A stretch of 64,000 nt of DNA, taken from positions 54,590-118,589 of the forward strand of contig JAIBDD010000002.1 in NCBI GenBank assembly GCA_024679565.1. Reading direction: 5' to 3'. Below are positions 1 through 10,713 of this stretch, piece after piece. Position numbers and translations under genes: made by a program. The stretch is from Bacteroidota bacterium. Its GTDB lineage: Bacteria; Bacteroidota; Bacteroidia; NS11-12g; UBA9320. Within the stretch, counting starts at the first letter, position 1. The number at the start of each line of letters is the position of its first letter. The notes under the pieces were generated by a model. The model had not been told where the DNA came from. It searched no databases and saw only the letters and a list, made by a program, of their open reading frames with translations.

Positions 1-99
1 GTTCTCGACCGAGTAACTGCGTATAAATCGCGTATGGAAAACACCGTACTTGATAAAGCTGATCGTATAGAAGACATTGGGTTTGAATCGTATTTGAGC
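1..99 (+). CDS. 3' end of an upstream CDS (partial, unidentified)
   Basis: Frame 1 is open from the window start to a TGA at 97-99 (..VLDRVTAYKSRMENTVLDKADRIEDIGFESYLSNS*). No family recognised. Confidence 0.3.
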
Positions 100-104
100 A
101 ATTC

Positions 105-680
105 ATGATTATTCATGAAGACACGCTAATCAGCGATGACGTTTTAAAGGAATTTTTTGCCTGTGACGTACTTAAATGCAAAGGGGCTTGCTGTATTGAG
201 GGAGATAAGGGAGCACCGGTGTCAACAAGTGAAGTCGCTGAAATTGACAGAATTAAAGACACAATTTACGAAGAACTGAGTCAAGAACACATTGACTTTA
301 TAGAGGCCAACGGTTTTTATGAAGAAGATGATGACGGAGAACTTGTGACCACATGTATGGATGATGGCAAGTGTTGTTTTGTCGTAGAAAATGCCAATGG
401 CATATTGAATTGTGGTATTGAAAATGCCTACTATAAAAACAAAGTAGATTTTATTAAACCAATAAGCTGTCACCTATATCCGGTTAGAATTAAAGAATTT
501 GACACCTATACGGCGCTTAATTATCACCAGTGGTATTTATGTTCGGATGCTTGCGACAAAGGCAATACCGAACAAGTTAAAGTCTACGAATTTGTCAAAA
601 CCGCATTACAACGCCGTTTTGGAGACAAGTGGTACGAAGGATTAAAACAAATCGATAACGATTTGAACGCTACTAAATAG
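105..680 (+). CDS. DUF3109-like cysteine-rich protein
   Basis: 191 aa with Cys clusters (CDVLKCKGACCIEGD, DDGKCCFVV, CHLYP, CSDACDKG). Length and motif layout typical of Bacteroidota DUF3109 proteins. Confidence 0.6.
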   Translation: MIIHEDTLISDDVLKEFFACDVLKCKGACCIEGDKGAPVSTSEVAEIDRIKDTIYEELSQEHIDFIEANGFYEEDDDGELVTTCMDDGKCCFVVENANGILNCGIENAYYKNKVDFIKPISCHLYPVRIKEFDTYTALNYHQWYLCSDACDKGNTEQVKVYEFVKTALQRRFGDKWYEGLKQIDNDLNATK

Positions 681-2964
681 AAGACTTCAGTTGGAAGGTC
701 ACCAAGCGTGGGGCACCAATGTCGGCAGGTCTTTCCATGTACTCCACATTGCCATAATTATTCACAATCACAGATAACTTTAATCGATAACTTAGGCGAT
801 ACGACATCCGCAAATCTGTTACCCAATACCCTTTAGGATTTAAGTTTAACCCGGTTTGAACACCAGGTACGAAAAAAGCAAATAACGGATCAACAAAGGC
901 CTTGTCGATATTTTGAACTTGACTTTGGTAGCGCCATGATATCCCCACATTAATGCGCTTTATTCGATAAGAAACATCCATCTTAAAAGTTCTTAAACTA
1001 CGATACTTAAGTACTCCATTTGTTGCATCCGAACTTGTAGATGTATAGGTCAACGCATTGCCTACACTGTCGTTAGCAAATACATAACCCGTATTTTCAG
1101 CAACTGGTAAAGAGCTTGTGTAGCCACCAAAAACGCGGACATTCCCTTTAAGAACTCTCATCTGACCAACCACACTCAGGTCTAACCCCGTAATTTTCGT
1201 TGGTCCGGTATTCAGTGATTTAAATCCTAATCCGTATCCATTTCCGGCTGAAACGTCGCTAGACCATTGGCCAAACGTAAATTCCATCATGTTTTCGTAA
1301 GACATCTGAAAAAGGGCAACATCCATATAGCCCTTAATTTTCTTGGTTTTAAAGCCCTGTTTAATCCCAATTTCAATATTATCACCTGTTTCAGATTTTA
1401 AGTTACTATTCGGATACACCGAAATGGCGCCAACTGTAGTCTTTATGTATGATTCTCCAATGGTTGGAAATCGATATCCTTGACCATAACTTGCTCGCAA
1501 ATAGGTGGCTTTAGCCAGTCCATAATTCATTCCAGCCCTAAACACAGGTTTTGACTCCGAATAATCATTCAGGCTATAATTTTCGTATCGCAGTCCTACA
1601 GAATAAGTTAATTTATTCCATTTGTGATTTAACTGTCCATACAAGGCTTGATTACTTGCCTTCTGAGTTCCGGTAAACAAAGGGCTATTTGTGACCGTAG
1701 AAATTACTGTGGCTCCATAAACAATATCAATGTCGTTCTTTATCGGATACGTAGATTGGTAATCAGCATACAACATGGTGCTTTTGTTGGATTGGTTTAT
1801 CGCTGTGTCTCCATTATCAACTTGATTGTCAATGCTTAAAAACCTAGTTTTTATGTTGTGTTGCCAACCCTTTTTCGTTTTATAACTCATAAACGGATCA
1901 ACTCGAAATTTTAATCCATTGGTTATGGTTGTTTGGTCATCTAAAGCATTATAAGCACTGTCGTAACTTTTCCATAACAAAAAAGAACCATTATTCGTTG
2001 ATAATAAGTGTGTTCTAACACCAAAATTAAAATTATCCTTTACCCTGTAGCGATAATCTAGGCCGGCATGTACTCTTTCGTCAAAATCCCCAAATCTGTA
2101 GCCCTGATCATCTATATATTCAAATGTCGTAACGAAGTCGTGCTTACCTGATCTTCTCAAATCTGTGACACGTACTCCATTAGAATTCTGATTATTACCA
2201 GTCCAATTTAAAGTTTTTCTTGAAGCATTCGAATATTGCCCTGTGTATAGCGTAACCTTAGTAAGGGCTTTTTGACCTGGCCAGGAAGACCGTATGTTAA
2301 TCATTCCGTTTAAAGCGGAAGAACCATAGAGCACAGAACTCGCCCCTTTCACCACTTCCATGTTCCGTATGTTGTCGGTTGTGATAAAATTCCATTGTAC
2401 TTGACCAGCATCACCACTTATCAGAGGAATTCCATCAACCACAAGAAGTGCTCTTGTACCTGCACCGTAGCTCCAGCCAGCACCGTTTCTTATGTTTATT
2501 TGACCATCTGTAACCACCACGCCTGGCACTTGGTTTACGATTTCATCAGCCGTAACGGTATTTTTATCAACGATTAAACTCGGGCTGACGGCTTCAATCG
2601 AGACGATTTGATTTTTCAACGCTCGACCTACCTTATCAGAACCTATAACTGTTTGATCCAGCATAGTACCATAGGCGTCGTTAAGCGTTACCCGCGACCC
2701 ATTGACAAAACCCGTAGTTATCAATACGCGTTTTTTATAAGATATGTGACTAATTTCTAACTGTTTAGAGGAGGTAATGAGACTAAATCGTCCGAAGGAA
2801 TCCGTTACGGCAATATTCTCTGTGCTGTCTAAATCCTTCACTACGGCATCTGAAATGGGTTGTTTGGACTCATTTATAACAAACCCGCTTATCGGACGTA
2901 ATTGTGCCTCAGCAATACCACTAAACAAAACTGCGACTATCAAAATATACCATTGCTTCATCAC
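673..2964 (-). CDS. TonB-dependent outer-membrane receptor
   Basis: 763 aa with a signal peptide (..FSGIAEAQ) and an N-terminal plug region (DEIVNQVPGVVVTDGQINIRNG..ALLVVDGIP). Long beta-barrel with Gly/Tyr-rich strands. Confidence 0.85.
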   Translation of the reverse strand: MMKQWYILIVAVLFSGIAEAQLRPISGFVINESKQPISDAVVKDLDSTENIAVTDSFGRFSLITSSKQLEISHISYKKRVLITTGFVNGSRVTLNDAYGTMLDQTVIGSDKVGRALKNQIVSIEAVSPSLIVDKNTVTADEIVNQVPGVVVTDGQINIRNGAGWSYGAGTRALLVVDGIPLISGDAGQVQWNFITTDNIRNMEVVKGASSVLYGSSALNGMINIRSSWPGQKALTKVTLYTGQYSNASRKTLNWTGNNQNSNGVRVTDLRRSGKHDFVTTFEYIDDQGYRFGDFDERVHAGLDYRYRVKDNFNFGVRTHLLSTNNGSFLLWKSYDSAYNALDDQTTITNGLKFRVDPFMSYKTKKGWQHNIKTRFLSIDNQVDNGDTAINQSNKSTMLYADYQSTYPIKNDIDIVYGATVISTVTNSPLFTGTQKASNQALYGQLNHKWNKLTYSVGLRYENYSLNDYSESKPVFRAGMNYGLAKATYLRASYGQGYRFPTIGESYIKTTVGAISVYPNSNLKSETGDNIEIGIKQGFKTKKIKGYMDVALFQMSYENMMEFTFGQWSSDVSAGNGYGLGFKSLNTGPTKITGLDLSVVGQMRVLKGNVRVFGGYTSSLPVAENTGYVFANDSVGNALTYTSTSSDATNGVLKYRSLRTFKMDVSYRIKRINVGISWRYQSQVQNIDKAFVDPLFAFFVPGVQTGLNLNPKGYWVTDLRMSYRLSYRLKLSVIVNNYGNVEYMERPADIGAPRLVTFQLKSSI

Positions 2965-3006
2965 TCTATTTTAACTAAATTCGTGTTATACAAGTTTAGT
3001 GAAAAT

Positions 3007-3726
3007 ATGCGACGCATTCTTCTTATCATACCGGTTTTGCTTTTTGCCCTATTGGGGTTTAGTCAAAATTGCATCTCCGACCAAAATATTAAAGAGGTAG
3101 GATTTCATCCAAAAACGATAGAACCTGCATACGTTGATTCCGTTTACAAGCAAGTACTTCAAGTACGTATTTTTAAAGATACGTCCGTTGTACTAAATGG
3201 TAACCCAGTGTTGGCTACGATTGATTCTATTGTAGTCAATGGAATTGAAGGCATGCCCACTGGTTTTTACTACTCCTGTTCCAATAAAAACTGTACGTTT
3301 ATTCCTGATTCAACAGGTTGCGCAACTATGGAAGGCACAGCTTCGAAAGGTGATATTGGAGAATACCCGCTAGAAATTCAAATTAAGATTTACGCTAAAA
3401 TATTTGGTACCGTTAGTACAACTCAAGATGATACTATCCGACAGTTTACCATGTTTGTTGAAGATTTAAGTAGTGCTCATACGCTAACAAAACCACGGAC
3501 ATACTTATATCCGAATCCGACGTCAGATGGGACAATTCAATTGTCGAATTCTTTTTATGAAGATTTAGGCGCTGTAACGTGTATCAATGCGCTAGGGCAA
3601 ATCGTTGATTTTAACATAGTAAACGGCAAAATCGATTTGGTTAACCCTGTTGACGGATTGTATACCATTACAATTCAGACCAAAACAGGTCAAACCTTTA
3701 CCGAGCGGGTGTTGTTTAAACACTAA
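3007..3726 (+). CDS. secreted hypothetical protein with type-A T9SS C-terminal sorting domain
   Basis: Start moved to the ATG at 3007 ([20 protein letters not shown] signal peptide). The tracked 2902 start overlaps the convergent receptor gene. C-terminus [12 protein letters not shown]...[23 protein letters not shown] is a Por/T9SS CTD. Confidence 0.7.
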   Translation: MRRILLIIPVLLFALLGFSQNCISDQNIKEVGFHPKTIEPAYVDSVYKQVLQVRIFKDTSVVLNGNPVLATIDSIVVNGIEGMPTGFYYSCSNKNCTFIPDSTGCATMEGTASKGDIGEYPLEIQIKIYAKIFGTVSTTQDDTIRQFTMFVEDLSSAHTLTKPRTYLYPNPTSDGTIQLSNSFYEDLGAVTCINALGQIVDFNIVNGKIDLVNPVDGLYTITIQTKTGQTFTERVLFKH

Positions 3727-3739
3727 TAAACCCATTTAC

Positions 3740-4900
3740 ATGACACGTGTTGTAGTAGGTCTTTCTGGAGGCGTTGACTCGTCTGTTGCTGCTGCCTTAT
3801 TGTTAGATCAAGGCTATGATGTCATTGGTGTGTTTATGAAAAACTGGCACGACACGGATGCTACGATTAGTGACGACTGCCCTTGGGAAGAAGACAGTAA
3901 AGACGCCCTCATTGTTGCTGAGAAGCTAGGAATCCCATTTCAAACGCTTGATTTAAGCGCAGTATATAAAGAGCGCATAGTCGACTATATGTTTGCAGAA
4001 TACAAAGCTGGACGGACGCCTAACCCAGATGTATTGTGCAATCGAGAAATTAAATTTGACGTATTCTTAGAGGCTGCGCAATCACTTGGCGCCGACTACG
4101 TTGCAACTGGACATTATTGCCAAAAAGAAATTACAAAATCGGATGACGGTGACATTGTGCACCTCATTGCTGGCAAGGATCAAAACAAAGACCAATCCTA
4201 TTTTTTGTGTCAAGTCAACCAAGAACAACTTTCAAAAGCCCTTTTCCCTATAGGCCATTTAGAAAAGAGTGCGGTTCGGGCTATTGCCAGAGAAAGAGAC
4301 CTTATTACTGCTGATAAAAAAGACTCGCAAGGTTTATGTTTTATCGGAAAAGTACGATTGCCTGATTTTTTACAGCAGCAGTTGAAACCAAAGCCAGGCA
4401 ATATCGTTGAGATTTCACCAGAGTCAGGTTTATATGGTTCTGATATGGAGAGCGACATACACGAAATGTCGTATCAAGAAAGTGATGGTTCGGTGGTTGG
4501 AAGGCACCAAGGTGCTCATTTCTATACCATTGGTCAGCGCAAAGGGCTGGGTGTTGGTGGCAAAGAAGAACCTCTTTTTGTGATAGGAACAAATGTCGAT
4601 TCGAATACCATTTACGTTGGAATGGGTGATCACCATCCTGGCTTATCTCGAAAGAACTTATTTATAGATGCAGCGGATGTGCATTGGGTACGACCAGATT
4701 TATCCCTAAAAATAGGAGATGAAAAAACATATTTGTGCCGAATTCGTTACCGCCAAACGTTACAAAAAGCGACGTTATCAAGAACCAAAGAAGGTCTGAT
4801 TATTTCGTTCGACGAGCCACAAAAAGCGATTGCTGCAGGTCAGTTTGCCGCTTGGTACGACAACAATGAGTTAATTGGCAGCGGAATTATTGGTGCTTAA
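3740..4900 (+). CDS. mnmA: tRNA 2-thiouridine(34) synthase MnmA
   Basis: PP-loop SGGVDSSV after [11 protein letters not shown]. Length (387 aa) and overall sequence fit MnmA. Start set at the ATG at 3740 rather than the tracked upstream start. Confidence 0.9.
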   Translation: MTRVVVGLSGGVDSSVAAALLLDQGYDVIGVFMKNWHDTDATISDDCPWEEDSKDALIVAEKLGIPFQTLDLSAVYKERIVDYMFAEYKAGRTPNPDVLCNREIKFDVFLEAAQSLGADYVATGHYCQKEITKSDDGDIVHLIAGKDQNKDQSYFLCQVNQEQLSKALFPIGHLEKSAVRAIARERDLITADKKDSQGLCFIGKVRLPDFLQQQLKPKPGNIVEISPESGLYGSDMESDIHEMSYQESDGSVVGRHQGAHFYTIGQRKGLGVGGKEEPLFVIGTNVDSNTIYVGMGDHHPGLSRKNLFIDAADVHWVRPDLSLKIGDEKTYLCRIRYRQTLQKATLSRTKEGLIISFDEPQKAIAAGQFAAWYDNNELIGSGIIGA

Positions 4901-5745
4901 TCGAACCTTAAGCCAAATCTAATATCTATCCTATGATAGAATATTTCTTCTTTTATTTGGGCAACTCTACTAGATCCAAATTCCCATACAAATCCTTGAT
5001 ATTCAGCTTTAAGCGTTTGATACTTGTATCCAAACTTTAGATACCAACTTCTCTTTTCGTGACGTTTGTTTGTTATACCAAAACCAGGATTAAAATACAA
5101 TCCACCCGTAACTTTTGAATTATCACGCCATGAATATTCAGACAAATGAGGGAGGCCAAACCCTGTACCATAAAAATAAAACCAAGATTTATTTTGTTCC
5201 TTAAATCTACCGTAATACTCTAAACCTAATGGTACAATCGTAACATCAGGCCACAAATATGCGTCATAACCTATGGTGGCTGCTAAATGGTGCCTGTAAT
5301 TAAACCCTTTACCATAGCCAAAGTTGACACTACCGCCAGCCACAGGATCACCCCAATAATCAAGACCAAGTGGGATACCTGCATCAAAAAAGAAATATGT
5401 ACCCGAATCCCGAAATGGTTTGTTCACTTTTTGGGGCTTAACCAAAGCTCTTGCTCGCTCTTTTATCTCAGCATCAATAAAACTTACACTCAGAATATCA
5501 CCCCAAGGAATGTGTAAGGTATCCTGTTGGTTAACAAATAAGTCGATACTTTTTTGATAATCGATCTTAATTACTTTGCCTTCAACCGTTGTTCCCGACT
5601 TTAAATCGACCCGGGCATAGTTCTGTTTTACCTGAGCATAAGATGTGGACGTTAATACCATCAAAACCATGATGAATAAAAAATGAACTAACCGTGAAAT
5701 TCGGCTAGAATAAAGTCCTGAAAACTTTGTTAGTTTTGAATACAT
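4897..5745 (-). CDS. hypothetical outer-membrane (beta-barrel-like) protein
   Basis: Signal peptide (..[13 protein letters not shown]). Aromatic/Gly-rich alternating strands ([30 protein letters not shown]). No family assigned. Confidence 0.5.
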   Translation of the reverse strand: MYSKLTKFSGLYSSRISRLVHFLFIMVLMVLTSTSYAQVKQNYARVDLKSGTTVEGKVIKIDYQKSIDLFVNQQDTLHIPWGDILSVSFIDAEIKERARALVKPQKVNKPFRDSGTYFFFDAGIPLGLDYWGDPVAGGSVNFGYGKGFNYRHHLAATIGYDAYLWPDVTIVPLGLEYYGRFKEQNKSWFYFYGTGFGLPHLSEYSWRDNSKVTGGLYFNPGFGITNKRHEKRSWYLKFGYKYQTLKAEYQGFVWEFGSSRVAQIKEEIFYHRIDIRFGLRFD

Positions 5746-5758
5746 TTCGGCGGAATTT

Positions 5759-6976
5759 ATGAAAAACCTTCCTGTTTATATAGTCATTTTTATTTCAGTT
5801 TTAGCGCTAAATTCATGTACGTCAAATTGTGACACGTCGGTATACTATTATGCAAAAGTGCCTGTGTATGGAAGCATTGAAACCTTGCGAAAAGGTTTTG
5901 AAATTAAAGGTGTTCAACCCATGGACACCATCACACAAATAGTGGAATTGGACCACGCATACTTTTTGGAAGAAAAAGGGAAAGGAGTTCATGTGGTAGA
6001 CAAGGTAAATTTCACCGAACCTAAGCGCATTGCTTTTATTAGCATCCCTGGATATTTATCGCTTGAAGCAATCAATAATACACTGTATGTTGGTCAGGCC
6101 ACCGACCTTGTTAGTATCGATGTATCTGACCTGAACTCAATCCAAGTTGAAGCTAGAATAAGTAATGTGTTTAACGCGGATTATGTTAAATCTGACTCCT
6201 TCATTGTGGGTTACACCGAAGCGTATGTGCGACTGATTCTTGAGGATGCACATTGTGCAGAAACACACATCATGCCCGAGAATCGCTCTGAGATCGAAAG
6301 CCAGTCTGTCGAGCCGCATGTTGATCTGCACATCACCAACAACCATTTACATGCTTGTGATAACAAAAACGTATCAAGTTTTTCGATAAGTGGTGGTGAC
6401 TTAACCTTTCGTGCATCTAATTCTATAGTGTCGGGAAGAAATACTGGAAGCCCAAAAATTAACAGTACCCGAGAGTTTGTTGCTGTTGGTACTCCAAGGT
6501 CAAATATTTTCCTTTTTCAGACTGACGGTTCTTTATCTCGAGTTGTCTCCACATTTGTAAGCAGTCCGTTCACCTGTGGCAACTTTTACCTATTTCAAAA
6601 CGCTGCAATCTATACCGACTTTAGAACAAGCTCCAATCAAAATTGTAACTCACAAAACACCCTACATATTCATCCAATAAATGGGTTAAGTCAACCCTTT
6701 ATGCCAAGGCAGTTTCCGTTCACTCAGCCTCAATCTATATCAATCGTGGATTCCTCAATGTTATTGTGTGATGGAAATGCCGGTTTTAGCCTGTTCGATT
6801 TTAAAAGCCCTTCTACATTCAACCCTGACTCCGATATGTTTGACGAAATCACAACTGTTCACAGTGCTGTGAGCGCATTATCGAAAGAGAGAATATTGAT
6901 TTGGGGAAATGATGGTTTGTTTTATTTCAATGTGGAACAACCAACAAATATTCGGTTGATTACAGAAATAAAATAA
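5759..6976 (+). CDS. lipoprotein, LVIVD-repeat-like beta-propeller
   Basis: Lipobox LALNSC. Repeated segments resembling LVIVD repeats (GVHVVDKVNF, LVSIDVSDLNSIQ). Confidence 0.5.
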   Translation: MKNLPVYIVIFISVLALNSCTSNCDTSVYYYAKVPVYGSIETLRKGFEIKGVQPMDTITQIVELDHAYFLEEKGKGVHVVDKVNFTEPKRIAFISIPGYLSLEAINNTLYVGQATDLVSIDVSDLNSIQVEARISNVFNADYVKSDSFIVGYTEAYVRLILEDAHCAETHIMPENRSEIESQSVEPHVDLHITNNHLHACDNKNVSSFSISGGDLTFRASNSIVSGRNTGSPKINSTREFVAVGTPRSNIFLFQTDGSLSRVVSTFVSSPFTCGNFYLFQNAAIYTDFRTSSNQNCNSQNTLHIHPINGLSQPFMPRQFPFTQPQSISIVDSSMLLCDGNAGFSLFDFKSPSTFNPDSDMFDEITTVHSAVSALSKERILIWGNDGLFYFNVEQPTNIRLITEIK

Positions 6977-7215
6977 AGGGCGTGAAAGTTGAAAAATCCC
7001 TAAAAAATAGGATTTGGCCCCCAGCAGTATCGCAACCTTCCACCGTTTGACTTGCGTCTCTTTCACCGAAATGAATGAGGCCTGGTTTTGAAACACCGGT
7101 TAAGCCGGTAAAGTATAAGTGTTGAATTTTTCAATCGGATTCAACGCCCTGCTTCAAAGGTAACTTTTTTATCCCGCTCGCACTTAGATAAAGCTATATT
7201 TTTGTCGCATTATTT

Positions 7216-8217
7216 ATGCGTCATTTACACGGTAAAACCTCGTTGGTAAGCATCATTCTTCCTTTTAAAAATGAGGAGGACTATTTAGGTGAATGCATTG
7301 ACTCCATCATCAATCAAACGCATGCACAATGGGAGTTAATTTTAGTGGATGATAACAGTACCGATGCGAGTCCTAGAATTGCACAAAATTCGGCCAAAAA
7401 TGACAAACGAATTAGATACTTCAAAAATCCCAACAGCGGTGTAATAGAAGCGCTACAATACGGTTTCAAACAATCTACCGGCAACCTAATATCTAGGATG
7501 GATGGCGACGATATCAAAACTATCGACAACCTTGAACAATTGGTTTATGCTGTTTCGCCAGGAAAGATCGCAATTGGGCTGGTGCAATATTTTCGGTCAG
7601 ACGGGCTTGGCGCAGGGTATTCGCAATACCAACAGTGGTTAAATGACCGGACTAAAACGAACAATAGTTTTGCAGAAATATACAAGGAGTGTGTGGTTCC
7701 TTCACCGTGCTGGTTGGCTCACCGCGACGACTTTTTGAAGTCAGGCGGGTTTGAGTCAAATAAATACCCTGAAGATTACGACTTGTGCTTTCGCTTTTAC
7801 GAGGCTGGCCTCAAAACACAAGGCACAGTAGGTATTATTCATCAATGGCGAGATCATCCAACCCGCACTACTCGAGTGTCAAAACACTATTCCGACAATC
7901 GGTTTATGCAATTGAAGCTTCACTACTTTAGTTTAATCGATTTGAACCCTGCCCAAGAATTGGTATTGTGGGGTGCAGGTAAAAAAGGTAAAGCCATCGC
8001 CAAGTATTGGACAGAAAATGGCATTCTGTTTAGCTGGCTAACCGACAACAAAAACAAAATCGGTCATAATATTTACGGTACCGTCTTAGAGTCGACCGAA
8101 ACGTTCGACCCAAGCCCAACACATCAAGTCGTAATTGCGGTAGCCGACAAGCAAGGGCAATTAGACATACAAGAAAAGATTAACGGTACAAAATCAGATG
8201 TCTTCTGGTTTTGTTAG
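7216..8217 (+). CDS. family 2 glycosyltransferase
   Basis: VSIILPFKNEEDYLGECIDSIINQT...ELILVDDNSTD is an N-terminal GT-A fold with a DxD-type motif. 333 aa. Confidence 0.8.
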   Translation: MRHLHGKTSLVSIILPFKNEEDYLGECIDSIINQTHAQWELILVDDNSTDASPRIAQNSAKNDKRIRYFKNPNSGVIEALQYGFKQSTGNLISRMDGDDIKTIDNLEQLVYAVSPGKIAIGLVQYFRSDGLGAGYSQYQQWLNDRTKTNNSFAEIYKECVVPSPCWLAHRDDFLKSGGFESNKYPEDYDLCFRFYEAGLKTQGTVGIIHQWRDHPTRTTRVSKHYSDNRFMQLKLHYFSLIDLNPAQELVLWGAGKKGKAIAKYWTENGILFSWLTDNKNKIGHNIYGTVLESTETFDPSPTHQVVIAVADKQGQLDIQEKINGTKSDVFWFC

Positions 8218-9440
8218 GCTAGTTCAAAAACGGTAATTTCTGGCCAGATACCGAACCTCCCTGGAAAACCTAGGTACCCAAAACCTCTATTGACATACAG
8301 TTGTTGACCTCCCTCTTTATATAAGCCGGCCCATTCTGGATAAACATATTTAATTGGACTCCACTTGAACCCTCCGGTTTCTATGCCAAATTGCATGCCA
8401 TGGGTATGCCCACTAAACATAGCGTCTACCTGTGGGTAGTCCTGTAGTATTTCACCTCGCCAATGACTAGGGTCGTGGGAAAGAAGCAAGGTAGGAATAT
8501 TTGCATCAACCCCAGAAATCGCCTTAGACATATCTCCGTATTTTTTAAAATGCATTTTTGCTCCCCAGTTTTCTATGCCAACAACCGCCAATTGTGCTCC
8601 ATCTTTCTCAATAATTTGATGCTCATTCATAAGCAACCGCCAACCAAGATTATCGTGTACTTTTTGAATTTTGGCTTTGTTTATGGGTAAATCTTTAGGT
8701 GTAAAGTTTGGTACATATTCTCCATAATCATGATTACCCATTGTTGCAAATACTCCTAGTGGTGCACTGATTTGAGAAAAAACGTCGATATAATCATCCA
8801 TCTCGCTCGCATCGTTATTTACAATATCTCCTGTAAAAAAGACCATGTCTGCCTTTTGGTCATTAATCATGTCAACGCCTTTTTGTACGGCATCCTTACT
8901 CCAAAAACTACCACTATGTATATCAGAAATTTGTACCAGTTTTAACCCTTTGAACGCTTCAGGCAAATTATCAATTTTTAATTTTTGGTTGACCACTTGA
9001 TACTGGTGAGACCCTCGTATAACACCGTAAGAAAGGGCCGCACCAAAACCCGTCGCCAGCAAAGCTCCAGATTTCATTAAAAAAGACTTCCTAGTGATTC
9101 CTTCTTCTGGTTTTGCACTGGCCTGAAACAAGGTCCCTATCCACTGCACTAGCCTAATGATATCGTCAATAGCCATGAACAAACCCCAGATTAACTGAAC
9201 CATTAAAAAAATGAAAAAATAACTGAGCGCCACCTTAGTCCAAAAACCTATCGGGGTCGTGCGCATATGCAAAGTGGTGTATATCAAACAGCCGTACGCC
9301 AGTGCCACAACCACCCAATACAGGATTTTAAAAATGGTTGACGATTTACCCTCAAAGTTTTGGATGATAATCTTATACCCCTGAAAAACATACAGGTTTA
9401 AGAGTAGTAAGATCCCAAGAAATATGACAATAGGTTTCAT
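8214..9440 (-). CDS. membrane-anchored metallophosphoesterase (calcineurin-like)
   Basis: N-terminal TM helices, then phosphoesterase motifs (GDIVNND, GNHDYGEY, SGHTHGMQ). Stop overlaps the convergent GT2 stop by 4 bp. Confidence 0.8.
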   Translation of the reverse strand: MKPIVIFLGILLLLNLYVFQGYKIIIQNFEGKSSTIFKILYWVVVALAYGCLIYTTLHMRTTPIGFWTKVALSYFFIFLMVQLIWGLFMAIDDIIRLVQWIGTLFQASAKPEEGITRKSFLMKSGALLATGFGAALSYGVIRGSHQYQVVNQKLKIDNLPEAFKGLKLVQISDIHSGSFWSKDAVQKGVDMINDQKADMVFFTGDIVNNDASEMDDYIDVFSQISAPLGVFATMGNHDYGEYVPNFTPKDLPINKAKIQKVHDNLGWRLLMNEHQIIEKDGAQLAVVGIENWGAKMHFKKYGDMSKAISGVDANIPTLLLSHDPSHWRGEILQDYPQVDAMFSGHTHGMQFGIETGGFKWSPIKYVYPEWAGLYKEGGQQLYVNRGFGYLGFPGRFGIWPEITVFELA

Positions 9441-9594
9441 TGTTTAAGCGTCGCCTTTAAAGAAGCGATGCAAAGTAGACAAATCGAAATCACTTTTGTT
9501 TCGTTTTTATCGATTATAGCACTGAACTAGACAGTTTTATAAATTGTTAAAACAACTTGGGGCATTTAATTGTATATACATATAATTTTGTTCT

Positions 9595-10053
9595 ATGTCA
9601 CTCGAAGAAGATATTAAACAGGAAAAATTTAGATCAGAGTATCAAAAGCTGGCGATTAACATCGCCTTTACAAATAGTTATTTGACTAATTTACTAAACA
9701 ACTATTTGAAGCCTTACGACCTCTCTATGCAACAGTACAACGTACTTCGTATTTTAAGAGGTAAACATCCTAACCCCGTGTCTATCAATACGATAACTGA
9801 CAGAATGATTGACAAAATGAGCAATGCGTCGAGGTTGGTAGAGAAGTTGCGTAAGAAAACTATGATACTCCGTCAAACCTGTAATACCGATAAGCGTCAG
9901 GTAGATGTTTGTATTACGACCAAAGGACTAGAAATTTTGGCAGAGATAGACGCATTGATGGGACGATACGAGCAACAATTTGCCCATTTAGACCAATCAG
10001 AAGTATCGATTGCAAACAAAGTTTTAGACGATTTGAGAAAAAATAATAAATGA
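9595..10053 (+). CDS. MarR family transcriptional regulator
   Basis: Winged-helix region LSMQQYNVLRILRGKHPNPVSINTITDRMIDKMSNASRLVEKL. 152 aa. Confidence 0.8.
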   Translation: MSLEEDIKQEKFRSEYQKLAINIAFTNSYLTNLLNNYLKPYDLSMQQYNVLRILRGKHPNPVSINTITDRMIDKMSNASRLVEKLRKKTMILRQTCNTDKRQVDVCITTKGLEILAEIDALMGRYEQQFAHLDQSEVSIANKVLDDLRKNNK

Positions 10054-10649
10054 ATAAAAAGACAAAAACCAGTACGATATTATCCTTAATAGGATTAACC
10101 TTACTAAGCTTCACCGCCGCAGTCACCTCGACCGATTATACGGTATTAGCCAGTAAAAGTTCTGTTAAATGGACTGGGTATAAGCCTGGTGGAGAACACC
10201 AAGGTATTGTAAAAATAAAAAGCGGCACGTTATCCATGGAAGAAGATATGATAACATCAGGAAACATAGTGATTGACATGCCAACGATTAAGGTGACTGA
10301 CTCTGAAAGCACAAAACTTCTTAACCACCTTAAAGGGCAAGACTTTTTTAACGTTGCCAAGTTCCCTGCGAGTACATTGGTGTTAACCGACTGCAAATCA
10401 TTAAGTGTTGACTCTACAGGTAAACACACCTTGCAGATGACCGGAGATATGACCATTTTAGGTAAAACGCAGTCTCTTACATTTACTGCCGTAAACACTG
10501 CAAAAACAGCAAACTATATGTTTTATAATGCCAAGCTTACCATCGATAGAACAAAATTTGGTATCATTTATAAATCTAGTTTGTTGGGAGACGCGATGAT
10601 TAAAGACAATTTTGATTTAGCGATAAAATTGATCGCCAAAAAGAATTAG
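10050..10649 (+). CDS. YceI-like periplasmic protein
   Basis: Signal peptide plus YceI-like motifs (SSVKWTGYK...GEHQGIVKIKSG). 4-bp overlap with the upstream MarR gene suggests one operon. Confidence 0.75.
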   Translation: MNKKTKTSTILSLIGLTLLSFTAAVTSTDYTVLASKSSVKWTGYKPGGEHQGIVKIKSGTLSMEEDMITSGNIVIDMPTIKVTDSESTKLLNHLKGQDFFNVAKFPASTLVLTDCKSLSVDSTGKHTLQMTGDMTILGKTQSLTFTAVNTAKTANYMFYNAKLTIDRTKFGIIYKSSLLGDAMIKDNFDLAIKLIAKKN

Positions 10650-10663
10650 GGAAACCGGAACAC

Positions 10664-10695
10664 AAAAAAAAGACGTCAGATGACGTCTTTTTTTA
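10664..10695. terminator. bidirectional rho-independent terminator
   Basis: A-run, hairpin agacgtca-ga-tgacgtct, then T-run. Lies between convergent YceI-like (+) and M1 peptidase (-) genes. Confidence 0.7.
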
Positions 10696-10713
10696 TGCAA
10701 TTTATATTGTCTT

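Noticed and set aside
222-473. 83-aa minus-strand ORF inside the DUF3109 gene, and similar antisense or embedded ORFs in the track (1648-1839, 2395-2577, 2777-2974, 4210-4636, 5287-5517, 6137-6346, 7314-7529, 8463-8690, 9914-10498, 11579-11779, 13244-13429, 14162-14671, 15421-16607, 18016-18273, 18746-18931, 19281-19616, 19820-20137, 20831-21031, 21371-21920, 23399-23581, 26062-26274, 29324-32328, 32683-34716, 34967-35697, 36974-37362, 38127-38608, 39341-39556, 39904-40107, 40475-40693, 41578-43233, 43474-43692, 45478-45889, 46086-46565, 48029-48660, 49473-50542, 51780-52763, 53372-54071, 54205-54420, 55825-57914, 57944-58126, 59036-59224, 60801-60995, 61120-61876, 62778-63005, 63484-63760)
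   Set aside because: Each lies wholly within, and out of frame with or antisense to, a longer ORF that has clear family motifs. They have low-complexity or atypical composition and no motifs, so they are treated as spurious.
2902-3006. 5' extension of the 3007-3726 ORF proposed by the ORF track (start at 2902)
   Set aside because: The extension overlaps the 5' end of the convergent TonB receptor gene and would bury the signal peptide 35 aa into the protein. The ATG at 3007 gives a canonical N-terminal signal peptide.
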